Positions 1-14,500 of a DNA stretch of 64,000 nucleotides are shown piece by piece. This stretch comes from Octopus bimaculoides (taxonomy: Eukaryota): assembly GCF_001194135.2 (NCBI RefSeq), contig NC_068984.1, positions 40,027,568 to 40,091,567 on the forward strand, written 5' to 3'. A program made the position numbers and the translations under genes. Each line of letters begins with the position of its first letter. Position 1 is the stretch's first letter. A model generated the notes under the pieces. That model was not told the origin of the DNA. It ran no database searches and saw nothing but the letters and a program-made list of their open reading frames with translations.

Positions 1-435
1 ATTAAGGCCTTTGTAAGTACATAGGTCATTGATAAGCCCTTTCCCATATTCTAATTTTATTAATTTAAATATCTTCAGTTTCACTTTCACAGCCACTGGA
101 ACACTTATGCTTGCGACTGTTGACTTAAATTGAAATATTTTCCCCTCATTTTTCTTATCTCTGAGAACTACGAGAGACTACTTTCAAATTTGATCTTATC
201 ACTTGCTTTATTTTCTTTTTGATTATTAGCCAAAAACCCCAACTGTCAAAGCATAATCGGTTTCAGTTTCCATTATTTTTATCTGACCTCTGGGGAACTA
301 TCTTATTACATTTTCAACTTCTCTGCTCCTTCTTAGCTTTAGTTAATGTTTATATATATATATATATCCATTCAGTAATTCATGTTAATCCTGTATAAAA
401 TGTGAAAGAGTATTTTGACTTGAATTATTTTGCAG

Positions 436-1705
436 ATTCTCATTTACCTCAAAGCTTACAGTGAGGAAGAGCGCTGTAAGTTGGCTATCATCACAGGGCT
501 GTTCTTGGCAAATGGCCTGTGCTCAGCAAAAATTCTCTCAAGCCTCTTTGAACAACATGTTGTTAAAGAAGGTATGTTAAAATAATAAACTTAACTTATT
601 TTGTGACTTATTTCATGAATTTCTGTTTCTAATTTTCAATTTTAATAAAAACTAGTGATCACTTTATTTGATCAGTTTTATAAAGAATTCTAAAACTTTA
701 GGGATATTTGAATAACTCTTTTTTAATTTAAGGTTTATCATTGGAATTTTCCACTATCATGTTCCGAACATGGTTGAATGAAAAAGATATTAATAGTGTG
801 AGTGCCGCTATGAAACGTTCTCAAATTGAAAACCGCCTTTTGGTAAGTTTCCATTCAATACATGCTTAAATGTTTATATAATGTTTCTTTTTATTTTAAT
901 TTGTAAACTGATACTCATACTTTTTTTTTTGTCTGTGCAGGAACTATTTCCAATAAATAAACGCAGTCAGGAGGCTTTTCTCAATCATTTCCAAGAAGCT
1001 GGTCTTGGACCAGTTGCTAATTTACAAGTCAGTTGTATTTTATCATTTCACCTTTTGATCTTGAATTTTTGATTGTTATACATTTAAAAATACGTTCTTT
1101 TTTTAAATGTTGACTTTTATTTGAAAAACTCGATCCTCCATTTCTTTTCATTTATTTTTTTAAGCGTGTCCAACAATCAGCCGAAGTAAAGAAAGAGTTA
1201 CAAAAGGACTTGACAAGGATGATCAATGATAATGAACCCATAAAAGAGGTATTGTTAAAAATTGCTTCATTTTAAAATGTTATAAATTCATCATAGTTTA
1301 GGTATTTATTTTTAGTTTGTCTTACTTTTTTCATCTATCAGAAATCCATTTGAGTTGGGGGGAGGGGATGACTACTTCTGAGTTGGCCTTTTGCAAACAT
1401 AAAATGTTAGGTTGCAGTTTGACTTATAGCATATAATATCTTATGGCAGTTATGTCAATAGCCCTTAGTTTGATTAAAATTTTTTTTAATACCAAGTCAG
1501 ATATATTGTGCAGTATTGAAAAAATATTCTGTAACAGCAATTTATTATTGATGTGCAGATTGTCTAGATTCATGTAAATAAGTGTGCTATTGAATTACAT
1601 TTATTTCTCACCACTTTTGTCAAGCATACTGGTTATATGCTATGCAGTTTTGTTTCTCAACAATAAACTAAGAAACCTATATATAAATTTGAGTTTAGTA
1701 AACTT

Positions 1706-1739
<34 letters not shown>

Positions 1740-4396
1740 TGTAACTTGGGAGGTAATTTAAAAAAAAATCTTTTATTAACATAATAAGGAAAATACACAA
1801 TTTGCTCATGGCTTAACATATATACACGTCTAGGCACAGCATAGCCGAATGGTTAAGTTTACTTCAAAATCATGAGGACCCCAAGCTCAATACCATTGTA
1901 TAGCATTTTCCTTGTCCTCAGATTAACTTTGTGAGTAAAATTGGGGTGGTAAAAACTATAGAAGCCACTTGGATGACATCACACTTGATTCTGCTTTTAG
2001 TATTACATTGAGTACCTGTTCTGTGTCATGCTAATTCAATGAGCTGGTAACTGAGTAGAATAAAGAACTGAATTCTCACTATCAAAGCTGAAGAGATTGT
2101 GTGTGTATACATATTTTTTACAGAAGAAAGTATTACCTAAATAGGTTGGTTTTTGCCAGATATACAGACAGGCATGAAAATAAATTTGTATGCTATAAAT
2201 TTTTGTCTTTGAGAATTCTGTCAAGTACAATAAACTTTGAGATTGTCATTAAATGCTTGATTAAATTTGGGAAAAATCGTTTTATTGCAGATAATTGCTC
2301 ATTTAAAAGAATACATGACTAAGCACAAGCTCTCTGATCATGAAATGGTTGTCTTGGTAAGTAGATTTCTCTTAAATTTCAAATTAGCATTTTAATTGAA
2401 AACTTATGTTCTTGATAACATCTCTGTAGGTCATTTCAATTTTTTCAAATGGATTAAGTATAGATTATTTAACTCTTTTAAAAAAATAATTAAGGTCTCA
2501 TTTGGATATATTTCTTGCTTATAGTAATGTATAAACTTGTGATGGTAACAAAAAAATAATTGCACAAATACTTTTAAAACTTTATTTTATGGAAAATTTA
2601 TTTGAATGTTAAATGGAAAATATTCATAAATACTATGAATTACCTAAAGCGTTTCTCTTACAATGCATTGGAAATGAGAGAAAACAATGTTACCATTAAA
2701 ATTCAGTATCAGTATTATGACTTAAAGCTGTATGGTAAAATACATTGATTATGATTTTTCATGAACATTGAGGGAGATCACTCTGCTTTCTACAGTTGGT
2801 ATATGTGGACAGTATTGGAATCATTTTCATTGGTTTGTAAGATTTTCTTTTGTGCTGCTAAATTGGTTCGTTCCAACAGTTGTCTGAACAAAACTGGGCA
2901 GTCTTAACTCAGTTTCTGTTTTTGTAGCATGGCTGATATATTATTCTGACAACTTCAGTAATCAGGAAACAACAAAAACTGGTGTTTATCTACTATAAAT
3001 CCTTTGTCACAGCCTCAAGACTGATTAAAAGTAGATTAGACAACTAAACCAAATGGTTCTATAATTTAGTGTTCTGAAAGGTCAAGTGCCATGCCAAAAT
3101 GAATTTTCTACTGCATCTGACATTGAGGTGTTTAACAAGGTTTGTGTGCTTGTATTCACCCTGTAGGATTGATGCCATTAACATTATTCATGAACTGTTG
3201 CAAGTTAATGGCTGCAGAAGAAATGTGGAGTGTGGGGGGGACATTCCAGAGTTGGAAGCATTGGGTGGGGTAGGGGATGACGAGTGAGTAGGAGTGCTGT
3301 GTTGTAATGGAACAAAACCAGCTAGCTTTGAGAAGAGGCTGCCATAATAGCACTTAAATCAGACAAGACAACAAGAGGTTGGAGTATATTTTCAAGTGAC
3401 ATAGTGTTAAGTGGCTTTTTTTTTTTAATTTATAGATGTAATCTAATATTTGTGCCATGAGTGCTTGTACAGGGTTAGTAGTTGCTTGATGGGAACTAAT
3501 ATATTTCTAGCTATGAAGATGTAGTCTTCACTATGCTGGGGATGTGTATACACCAGGAAAACTCATCTCAATAATGGTGATGTCTGGCATTTGAAGTGAA
3601 ACAATTTTATATTAATTTGAAGTTGAGAATTTTCTTTGCAAATATGTTTCTAATGTATTAGGGTTATTGATGATTCACCTGTTGCAGATTTTAAGTCTAT
3701 GAATGGGTTTCAAAATATTTTTTCATTAGGTTTGGAATACAGTAATGGGAACTGTTGAATGGAACAAAAAGGAAGAACTCGTAGCAGAGCAAGCTCTCAA
3801 GCATTTGCGTAATTACAGTCTTCTGTTTACTGCTGTAGCAAAAACTGAAAAATCGGAGCTCAACCTCATGGTGAGAATCCAAGAATACTGCTACGACAAT
3901 ATCAATTTTATGAAGGTGTTTCAAAAAATTATAATACTCTTTTATAAATGTAAGCATTTTATTTTTACTCATATTATTGTTGTCAAAATTGTGAAATTTT
4001 TGCTAATTCTTACTTTAATGCTTTCATGTGGGGAGATGCCAACAAGTGCACTTATGGGTCTCTTTCTTTAAAAAATGACATTTGATGATGGATGGGACAG
4101 AATTAGATTTTGTTAGGAAGTGATTGTATAGACTGTTTGATTGATATACAATTTAATTTTTATTTTTTCTTAAGCTGAGGTCCTGTCTGAAGATGTGGTC
4201 CTAAAGTGGTATCGTGATAGCCCTTCTTCAAAAGGAAAAGGTATCTTTGTTAGCCAAATGAAGAAATTTGTGGAATGGCTAAAGAGTGCTGAAGAAGGTA
4301 AAAGAAGTTTTCTTTAGTCTATTTCAATTTAATTTCTCTTAAAAAATCTTCATATTTTATCTTTTGTTTTTAATTTCTCTTTCAGAATCTGATTAG
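436..4396 (+). CDS. BZW: eIF5-mimic / basic leucine zipper and W2 domain protein (BZW1/2, 5MP), 3' part; 5' exons lie upstream of the window
   Basis: Exons 436-571, 733-842, 941-1027, 1165-1248, 2291-2356, 3730-3949, 4175-4297, 4386-4396, all GT-AG and phase-consistent. Translation includes [69 protein letters not shown] and the W2 end [28 protein letters not shown]1 versus BZW2 cannot be resolved. Confidence 0.96.
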
Positions 4397-4919
4397 TCTG
4401 GGACAGTTACCAAGTACTTATTGTTCAGCGACATGGTCCCTCTACTATTAAAATTGTTAACAGACTGATACTGCCAAAGATTTTTACTTATTCCTACAGC
4501 ATATAAGCCCAGAAGAAATAACTATTTTGGATTTGGACTAATAGATATTTGCGAAACTCCCAGAACCTTTTACACAGGTGTTGAGTTTTGCAATAAAAGT
4601 TATGAAATTGCCAACAAAGCTTTCACTTTGTCATTTCACTTACGTTTTCACAATTTACCATAAAAGTAATGTTTAGTTTTTCATGTAAATTTTTTTTTAA
4701 CTGCTTTTGTGACTGCATCCCTTCCCTCCTCTTGTCTATAATTTCACATTGAAATGATATTTTTTTTCCCCCCTTCTCCTAATGAGATACAGGAAGTGAT
4801 TACATGCTGGAACACATTGATCTCTGGTTATCCAGATTGGTTTGGTAGCAACTTTTTAGAGGGATAAATGGTGGACATTTTTTAACTTGAAAACAGTTTT
4901 TGTAAGTGACAGAACTTCT

Positions 4920-4979
4920 AATAAAAGTGTGTAATGGTAATTGAATTTTCAAAACTTTTCTGTGTTTTTCCCATTTATT
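4920..4979. terminator. Opposing poly(A) signals: + AATAAA at 4920-4925 (BZW) and - AATAAA at 4974-4979 (RSU1)
   Basis: Hexamers read directly between the convergent stop codons. Alternative signals occur at +4592 and -5276. Confidence 0.4.
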
Positions 4980-5592
4980 TTACATTCCTTTTAAAAGTTT
5001 TCTTTTACTTAGTAACTTGGAAATTCCTTTTCTAAAATTAATCTTATGTCATTTTCAATAATTTCTCTTAAATAGACTTTCAAACTTCTAGTTTTTTTGT
5101 GCTTTTAATGGAATGATTGTTATCATGCTAGTTAAAACTGGGACTTATTTCTAACTTTCAAGTATGATGACTTGAATTAAAAGAAATTTTTTAAATGAAC
5201 TGATACAATGGAAACAAATCAAAGTATTGAAATTAAAATAAAACAAGCTTCGAAGTTTGTCATTTGGTGACAATTTTTATTTATTACTGTACAGATTACA
5301 ACTGTTTCATTGTTTAAAAAAATTTCAAGCAATTTTCTAGATGAGTTCTGAAAGTGTTTATTACAATTAGTTTTGGCAAAAGTATTTGATGTATTTTTGT
5401 CCCATTCTATTCTGAAGATGAAACATGAGCTCGCATGCATATATGTATATAATATATAGGGATGGCTGGTTGGTTTGATATCTTATATAGAAAACAATGT
5501 TTCAGTGGCTAAATATTTAGATCACTTAGCTGAAGAAAAAAAATAGATACATTTGGCTATATAGCAGTTTTAGAAATTCAGGCTTTTCAGTT

Positions 5593-8500
5593 TCACTTTT
5601 TGGAATATTTTTTGGGCCGTTCTGTTTTCCGTTGTGCTGGTTCAGGCTTAGCTTCTATGTGACGACCATACAAACTGAGAATAAAAAACAAGGAAATTTT
5701 TTTTGTAAAACTTAGAAGCTACTTAAATGGTGTTAGAATTGCTTTTTACTTGGTCTTATTTTGGAACAGAAATTGTAATTATATAAAAAGGTAATAATCA
5801 TAAATTATTGCATAGTAAATCTAAAAATGGCTTGATAAAATTTTTGCTGCATTTCAAGTTTGAAATTTACATGTTAAGTATTCTGCAGTTCTACAAAATT
5901 TGAATTTTAAATAACAAAACTTATCATAAAATTATGATTGTGTACTTACTATCTGTATTTATCAGAGCGGATATATTCAAATACATGTGATACACCAATC
6001 TGAAGCTGGTCGCCAATCAGGGCTACCCATGGGTTGTTTTCACACCGAAAAATTTGTTTTGTTCCATATAAATCAAGTTGACCTGTAAATTATTTATTTC
6101 AAATAGAATTCTTGTGAATATATAAATAATTAATTCATTTTATATGGCTGTTTATAATTCTCACTCTTCCATGTTTGCATGAGTTGGATGGAGTTTGAGC
6201 CAGGTTATTTAATGCCATACTCTGTTTCCAAGCAAGGTGATATTTCATCATGCAGAACATGGGAAATGAATGACATTGATTTACAACATTAAACACTGTC
6301 AGGACAGAGACTCAAAAATATACACAAACAAGCCTCTCTTAGTTTCAGTCCACTATATCCAATCATGAGGCTTTAGTTGGTTTCAGATTATAATAGATGC
6401 CCAAAGTGCCGAGCACTGGTACTGAACCCAAAACCATGTGGTTGGGAAGCAAACTACTGTACAGACATGCATAAGTAACTGCAAATATTTAGACTTAGCT
6501 CAGTGGAAATGGGTGATAAATAAAAGGTACCCTCTCTAGTGAGCTTTATTTACTGTGTTACTGTAAATATTACTCATAAGATAGGTATGCTGAGATCTAT
6601 CGATGTTTTGTTACTCTTCAGTTTATGAGGTAGCAATATTTTGTAGAGTATATCTGAATGTGAGCAAATGCTAGAAATAACTTCACCTTTTACCTCACTT
6701 AGCTGCTATTGATACTAATTTTATCAATGTGTCTCATCAATATATTTAGATGACTAAAAGCTATTCATATTAGGAAACCAAATTCAAAGTCACAATGTAT
6801 ATGCCTAATATGACAATCTTACCTAGTTCAGGTGGTAAAGTGCTCAGCCGATTTCCTTGAATATATAATTCCCTTAAGCGTTGAAGGTTGCCTATTTCTT
6901 TTGGAAGGGTATGAAGATCATTGTCTCTTAAAGACAACTAGAAAGAGAAAAAAATGTTATTGTGTGTCATATCAGTTCATAAGATTTGTATTAAGCTTTA
7001 ATATTTGACAATTTTAAAGTTCAATAGTTTGGATTTAAGGTATATTATGATTGCTGAATGATTATTTCAAATTTAAATAACCAGCATACATAATATAACC
7101 AATCTATTGAACAGTTATTTTCATGTTAATGATTTCAATTAGAATTAATCATTATCTTACTGAAGATTTAACTATAAATTGTATGTCTACTTGCTGACGT
7201 ATAAGGTTTCTATAGGAAGTAGAATTTTGCTGTACTCACAATTTGCAAATTTTGAAACTTTCCTATCTCAGGAGGAATAAATGTAAAATCATTGTCACCA
7301 AGATATAAGGCACGCAGTGTTTCTGTATATACAAAGCAATGGACAATATATGCATGGAGAAAAGAGAAAAAAAATCAAGTAGGGTTGGTGGATTAAAACA
7401 TTTTTTTTATTTAACCCTCTCAATGTTTGCAATAGTTATAAATGAAAAATAATTCAGAAGTTTAGAACTTTTCTAAATATAATCAAATGTTAAAAATTAT
7501 TACAGCTGTTAAAAGTAATGGCACAGAAACGGTCTTTTAATCTAACTTTTGCTGTTAATAGTTTCTCAGCTAACCCCAGACACTTGATGCAAGATGAGTG
7601 GTTCCAGAGAATCCATGTCCTTCATATTGATAATTCAGAATGCTAAATTAATTATTACAATGATCGTATTTTGCTCTGGTGGCTAATTAAACACTGAATA
7701 TTGCAATACAAATGAACCTATTTTGAATTGAGTTTAAACTTTACTGACTGCTCATCTTTTTAAGTTGTGTCCATCTTATTCTTGAATAATAATTTTGGCT
7801 TTAGAACATGTCTTAATGAATTCTGGAAGTATGTTTTGTTCTGACAATTGTAACTGTTACATCAAAGTGTCTTTGAAATCAAAGCCAATTAGGATGGAGA
7901 TAACAAGCTTTTCATTTCCACAAATATCCTTCAGTAATCTATTTGCAAATTTTGGTCAGTTGCTTTTTGACACAATGCTTGTATCATCACCTGATCCTAT
8001 GGACTTTTAGTTGAGAACTGTTAACTGTGAATAAACAGCAGGAGGGAAAATATTCAACTGTAATATTTCAACAATATGTAAATATCCACATTTTAAAACT
8101 TATTTTAATTTTACTGTGTTAATATGAATAAAACTGTTTAGCTTTTTTTTTTTGTATTTGCAGAGAGATATTGAAAGCTTACATTTCTGCATTTTTTCCC
8201 CTTTTCAATATTAATATTAATACAATATTAGGTGTATCTGAGATTTGACTTAAAAATAATCCATTGTTCTTCACATCAGCATCTTTGTTATAGAGTATTA
8301 TCATCATTTTAATGCCTATTAATCTATGCTTGCTTATATGGGTCAGACAGAATTTGTTGAGGCAGATTTTCTATGGCCAGATGCCATTACTCTCTCCAAC
8401 CTTCATTTGTTTCCAAGCAAGGTAATATTTCTCTATGACTACAAATTTTCATGGAAGATAGGTAATGAATATCACTTGTATGATGGTGATACTCCTTTAC

Positions 8501-11500
8501 AGTATTGCATGATATCAAGATGAGGTGCAAACATATAAATACAAAATCAACCTCTCATGGGTTTCTTTTCCTTTCAGTCTACCAAATTCACTCACAAGGC
8601 TTTGGTCAGCCTGGAGCTATAAAAGACACTTGCCCAAGATAACATACAGTGGGCAATGATAAAGTTAAATACTTTCTTTAGAAAAAAAAAAAACTAAAAT
8701 AGTCAATTTAACATTTGATAGAACATTTTGACATCACATACAGAAGTGCAGATAATTGACTTAAGAATATCAATACTGTCTGACAACCCTTGGTTTTGTG
8801 TTCTGTGACTATAGTGCTGACCATGGTTAGGAATTGTAATTTTCTAATTTAGTAACTTTACTGTAAATAGATATCTTGTAAATTATAAATCTGACAGTCC
8901 TGTTATTTCCAAAGCTATAATAATAATAATACACCAACCTAAACAAAAAAAGTTGCCAGGTAAACTGTTCTCTGTGAGAAAGTTGTAAGTAAGATCAAGG
9001 ACTTCCAAAACAGGAAAGGCACCAAATCCACGTGGGAGTATTTTCAATCGGTTAATGCTATTGTAAAGAAAATGGTTATGTAAGTAAAATTATTTAATGT
9101 AATAGAAGACAACTCAAGTTATCTAGGGTGTCCATAAAAACCTCTTATTTAACAAAACATTGAAATCAGTGGAAAAAAAAAATCATAGAATTAGTAACAT
9201 TGTTTGGAGATTCTTGAGCAGAGTTTCATGTGGACATCAGTACCTTTGCAGAGCTTAAATTTAGCATTTTAAAAACATCCTGGTACATTTGTGGTGTTAT
9301 CTGAAGTATTTTGTATACATTCACAGAAATTGTCTGGAGTCATAGTTTCATAGAAACAATTCAGGTTTGATAAAGTCCCAAGCAATGAAATCCAAAAGTG
9401 TTTGATCTGCTGATTTTAGCTGGCCATGCTGTTACTCCCATATCCAATTACTAATTTGGAAATCATTCATGTATGAAATTTTGAGTGTTTGTGGTATAAA
9501 GGCAACGGGCATCATTTATCTTTATTGGAAAAAAAAACTGATTCTATGGATCAATGCCAATGATTTTTTTTTCAATATTATTTATTACCTTTTGAGCTAT
9601 TGGTCTTTCATGACGATATATAAGAATATAAATCGAAAAGTACCCACCTATATGCCGAAGAGGCTCCGGCAAAGAAAATCTTCCTCATGTAAAATATGCA
9701 GATGAATAACTAACTGCTCTATTTATTCTGAGAGTTTGCAAATTAGTTTTTCATTAAAACAGACAATTTCTTGCACAATGAGCTCTCTCCAGATATTTTG
9801 TCTTGTCAAGACTTTTATTTCTGCAGTTCTAGGATCACTTTTTAATTCTGTGGACTTCACATGCCTTTGTTTTTATGGCTAAGATTCAGTTTGCTGAAAG
9901 TGGCTCCCCTTCACTTCATTCAGGTAATTTTTTTAAGGAGCCCAAATATTAGTTTGTAAGAAAACTAATTTGAATCTGATTTCGTCTAAGTAATGGATAT
10001 AATCTAATACTGAATGGTTAATATATATGGTAAGTTATTTGTCATATACAAAGCAGTGAAGGCATGGGTCCCAAAGGTTAGAGTGTTGCACTCATGATTG
10101 CACAATTGTGGTTTTGATCCCAGACCCAATGGTGCATTGTGATCTTCAGCAAAAAAATTTTATTTCATGTTACTCTCGTCCACTCATTTCATTTTTTTTT
10201 TTAAACAAAACTTTGAAATCCAATAATTATGTCCAGTTCACTCAGTTGTAAATGAAATTTTCTTACCTTGGTCAGTTATACACCATGGATACCAGATATG
10301 TGTGTCCGAGGATTTGAGACAGCACACTTTTTTGTTGTATATACAAAACAAACGTGAAAGGTATTGTGAGAACCCAATGGAACTTAGACATGCTTCTCTC
10401 TTGTTTGATTTTTCTCGCTGCTTTTGTGGATTCTCATGACTCTGTTGCTGTCCAATTCCATTCTTATGAATTTGAATTGGGAGCCTGAGTCATAGCAAAT
10501 CTTTTATTAGCTGATTATACAACCATGGATGCCACCCTTATGTAAGTGTTGCAGTTACTTGATAGAGCTTGGTGATCTTGACAGTTAATCTTCAAGGATT
10601 CCTCCACTTAGAATCAATGTAAGAAACATTGTTGGCTCAGTTGAGCTCTTCTGCTACCTCTTCACAGTCTGCCATGCTGCAGTCCCATGACTTTGCCATA
10701 TCCCTAGCAGGGTGGCTGAATGGGTGCTATGCCTAGTCAAAGAGCAGTCTGTAACTGTGCAGGGCACAGTTGTCACTCCATGAGGTATTTTCAAAATACA
10801 AGCATGTCCTGCATTTTATAGAATGTAAGATTATCTTGATTTAGACTTACACAATTTGGAAAAACCTAAGTGGAACATTTTAAATGTTATATTGTTTCTA
10901 TTAATCAGTTATCCTTAGTTTGTCTCAGTAAAACAAGAATATCATGAGGAGGCATTTTTCAATTTATATTCTCATATTACAATAAAAAAAACAAACAGTT
11001 CAGATGTAATAAATAACTGTGATTGTATAATTTATTGGCATATGCCCAATGAATCAATTTTTTTCTCTGAGAGAAATCTGAACGAAAGGGGGAAAAAAAT
11101 CATGTTTGTAGGGTGGGAGACATGGAGGGGTTCCAAAAAGAAAAAAAAGGAGCAGTTTAGCAGCTATTTAGCTGTATTAGATTCTGTACAATGAAAGTGC
11201 TTATATTTGAAATGAAATTGCACATCTAGTACAAAGGCATAATGCCAATCACTTTTAGAAGTTGCTGGTAACCGTTTTACTCAGTCACTCAATCTGAAGA
11301 GGGGGTGCTTATAAAGTTAATAAAAAGAATAAAATACAAATTTCAAATTTGGAAATAGCATAGAAGCATGTAAGCTCTTAGTATAGAAAAAAAAGCCTAC
11401 AACATGATCTATTTTCGTCTGTAGTGAGTTCAGTTGGGAAAGGGAAGATTGTTGCAACTCACTTTTTAATGATGTCAATAAGGCTTGATTTCCCCATTGG

Positions 11501-14500
11501 TAGAAAGCCAAGCAACTGACTCTATCTTGTTCACGTATAAAATAAAGAGTTATTTATCTTTGTATTTTTAACTCCAGATTATCAACTCATAGGAATGCAG
11601 GCAATTATCATGTCTTGGCATTTGTACAACACTAGATTCTCATAAAGAGCAGGAACCATTTATATTAATTGATTTTATAGGTTCAGTAATAAATTGACTG
11701 AATTTTAATCTTGATGTCACTACTAAAAACATACTTTGCTAAGTAAGTTATATGGCAACCATGTTATAATTTACTATCAATAAACACATAAATTTCAGCT
11801 ATATATATCAATTACAATATATATAAATTAATTACAAATATATTATAAAATGAAAAATATAATTTAAATGAAGTGCTTTGAAAAAATAAAATTAGTTTAT
11901 CATTATTGAAAATTTTATTTGGAATCAGCATTTGAATGAATATTTCTGACATATAACATACAATGGCAGTGAATAAATGGCATAAACTTACCCTAGATTC
12001 AATGTTTTCAGCTTTGTTAAATTTGACATATTAGTTGGTAAAATCTATTAAAAAGTACATAAGATATCAACTCATAGGAATGCAGGCAATCATAGTTGGA
12101 GAAGGCAAACAGAAACTATAATTACATACTAAATTCTTTACTGATGAACAGTAAATTAATTATTTTGATTGTTATTTTTTATTGAAATATAGCAAGCGAA
12201 AAAAAAAAAAACTTATGGAATTACATTTTAAAATTTACAACAAAATCTTAAAAAAGAAAATGAATAAAAATAAATATGTAATAATACTCTTACCTCTATG
12301 TGATTATTAAAGAGATTAAGTTTTTCTATGTTAATCAAACCGAGAATTTCAGGAGGAACTTCTAAAAAAATGGAAAAGAATTTTTAAAATCAGTTAGATA
12401 CATTGATTTTTAGATGGATTTCTTACATAAGAATAAATAATTTAAATTTTAACCCTATCACATCATATTCCTGTTATAGCAAGAATAGGTTAAATGTAAT
12501 TTTTGTTGGATTCCTAGTAAAGTGGTAATGAACAACACACATAGAAAAAGAAGCTGATTCTGTTCATTAGTGTGCCTGTAATCATCACTCTTGGGTTGTA
12601 TATGCAACTATTTATTTTTTTTTGCTCAGGATCCCAGGTAGAAGGTAAAGTTAGACACAGGGGCCCAGGTGTGAGAGGGTTAAAAAAAGAATTCTATTAA
12701 TACCAAGCTTTTAATATGAATTGCTCAATATAAACATATTTTGGAATGTTTTATTATTTTATATCAAAACTAGTGACCAATAGTGTCCTCAATATTAGAT
12801 GTTTTCAATAGTCCAGTCATTCATTCCTTATATTTCTAATGGCAAAACTGATAGGGGAGTATCTGAAACTTGATGCAGAGCAATTGTAGAAATGCATTTT
12901 TTCCTCTTTGATGTTTACACTCTAAACTGTTCAAATCAAGGAAGCTTTCCGATCTGAAACCAGTATTAAACAAACAAGAACTACTGGCAACTAAAACAAC
13001 ACCAATCTGTGCATTCACTATGCTCCACAACATAACACTGGGTAAAATGATTAGCAGCATTTTCTCCATCTTTACATTCTGAGTTCAAATTCTGTTGAGG
13101 TTGACTTTGCCTTTCATCCTTTTGAGGTTGATAAAGTAAGTACCAATTGAGCACCAGGGACAATGTAATTGACATGACCTCTTCCCCGAAATTACTGGAC
13201 TTCTGTCAAAATTTAAAACCAATATTTAATAGAACTAAGTGCACAGAATATTGAAATGAATAGAGTTAATAAAAAAGAACCAGTCATGTAAAAGTGAATT
13301 TTCAACCTCAAACTAATGTTAAGAAATCAATAATTTCTGTTAGGTTTTAATGGTACTAATACAACTGAGTTAAACCTGTTAATTGTTACGCGTTGACTGT
13401 AGTTTCTTCATGTAAATACTCTGACTGAGCATAATTGCTTTTCACAAGATCAAACTGAGATAACTGCATTTGACAAAATCTAACACAAGATTAAATTTAT
13501 AAATTGATTTCTTATAAAGGAACAAGGTTTCAAAAGTTAGTGGTTAAAGGAAATTGTAACTTGGATTTGTGTCTAATTTTAACATTAAAAAAAAATCAAT
13601 ATTACTGGTGAATTAATTGATAAGCACTGTGAAATATGAAGTATACTTGCAGTAAGCTTAGGAGGTAAGGAAGCTTTATATTTTGGAGAAAGCCAGTTCA
13701 TTTCTCTCACATTGCAAATACTTGAAGAATGACTAACCATAACACTAACTCATTCCTTTTCTCTGTGTATAGTTGATAGTGGTTTCATATTAACAAACAT
13801 TATTATCATCATCAACTAATATAGAGTGTAATATTGTACGAAATACAAAATAGTTCAAAGAAACTAAAGAACAATGAAAAAAATAGATAACAAAATAAGA
13901 AAATTGAAAAGCTTAGAATGATAGTAATGAATAAAATCTTTATGATTGCTAGTTCAATATATTTTTTTAAACATATATGAAATGAATGGAGCATCACAAA
14001 GATGAAGCCAAGGATGCTGGCCTAGTTGACAGAAGTGTTTACAGTTCATATCCTGTCACATGTACTGTGATATCTTTGGTACAGTTCTGAATGGTACAGT
14101 TTGCTTAGTAGCAAAAAAGTACTATTGGAAGGTACAGTTACATCAGTGGACGATAGAGTAAAACTCATGATTACTCTATTTAGCTTTCATTGCTAAGTTC
14201 ACATCATAGAGATGAAGTAAGCAATGTGAAACCGTTTCAGTTACATTTTTAGGTTTTAGGTCTAATTTTCTGAGATAACATCTTAAGTAAAATATGTAAG
14301 TTTGCAATTAACTTACTAATCAGCTCTGATGATTTAAAGCACACAGAATGAAACCTCAAGTCAAGAGAGACAACAAAATGTTGCACTAGATATGAGCTTA
14401 CAATAGTTAAAGATGTACATACAATCTCTTCAACAAATGTGAAACATTCTTAATATATTTGGACTGAAAAATATTACCTGTTAATTTATTGTGACTCAAT

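Noticed and set aside
11317-11530. Open minus-strand frame ([20 protein letters not shown]...) as a possible extra RSU1 exon
   Set aside because: RSU1 is complete and in frame without it; no LRR pattern and no good acceptor.
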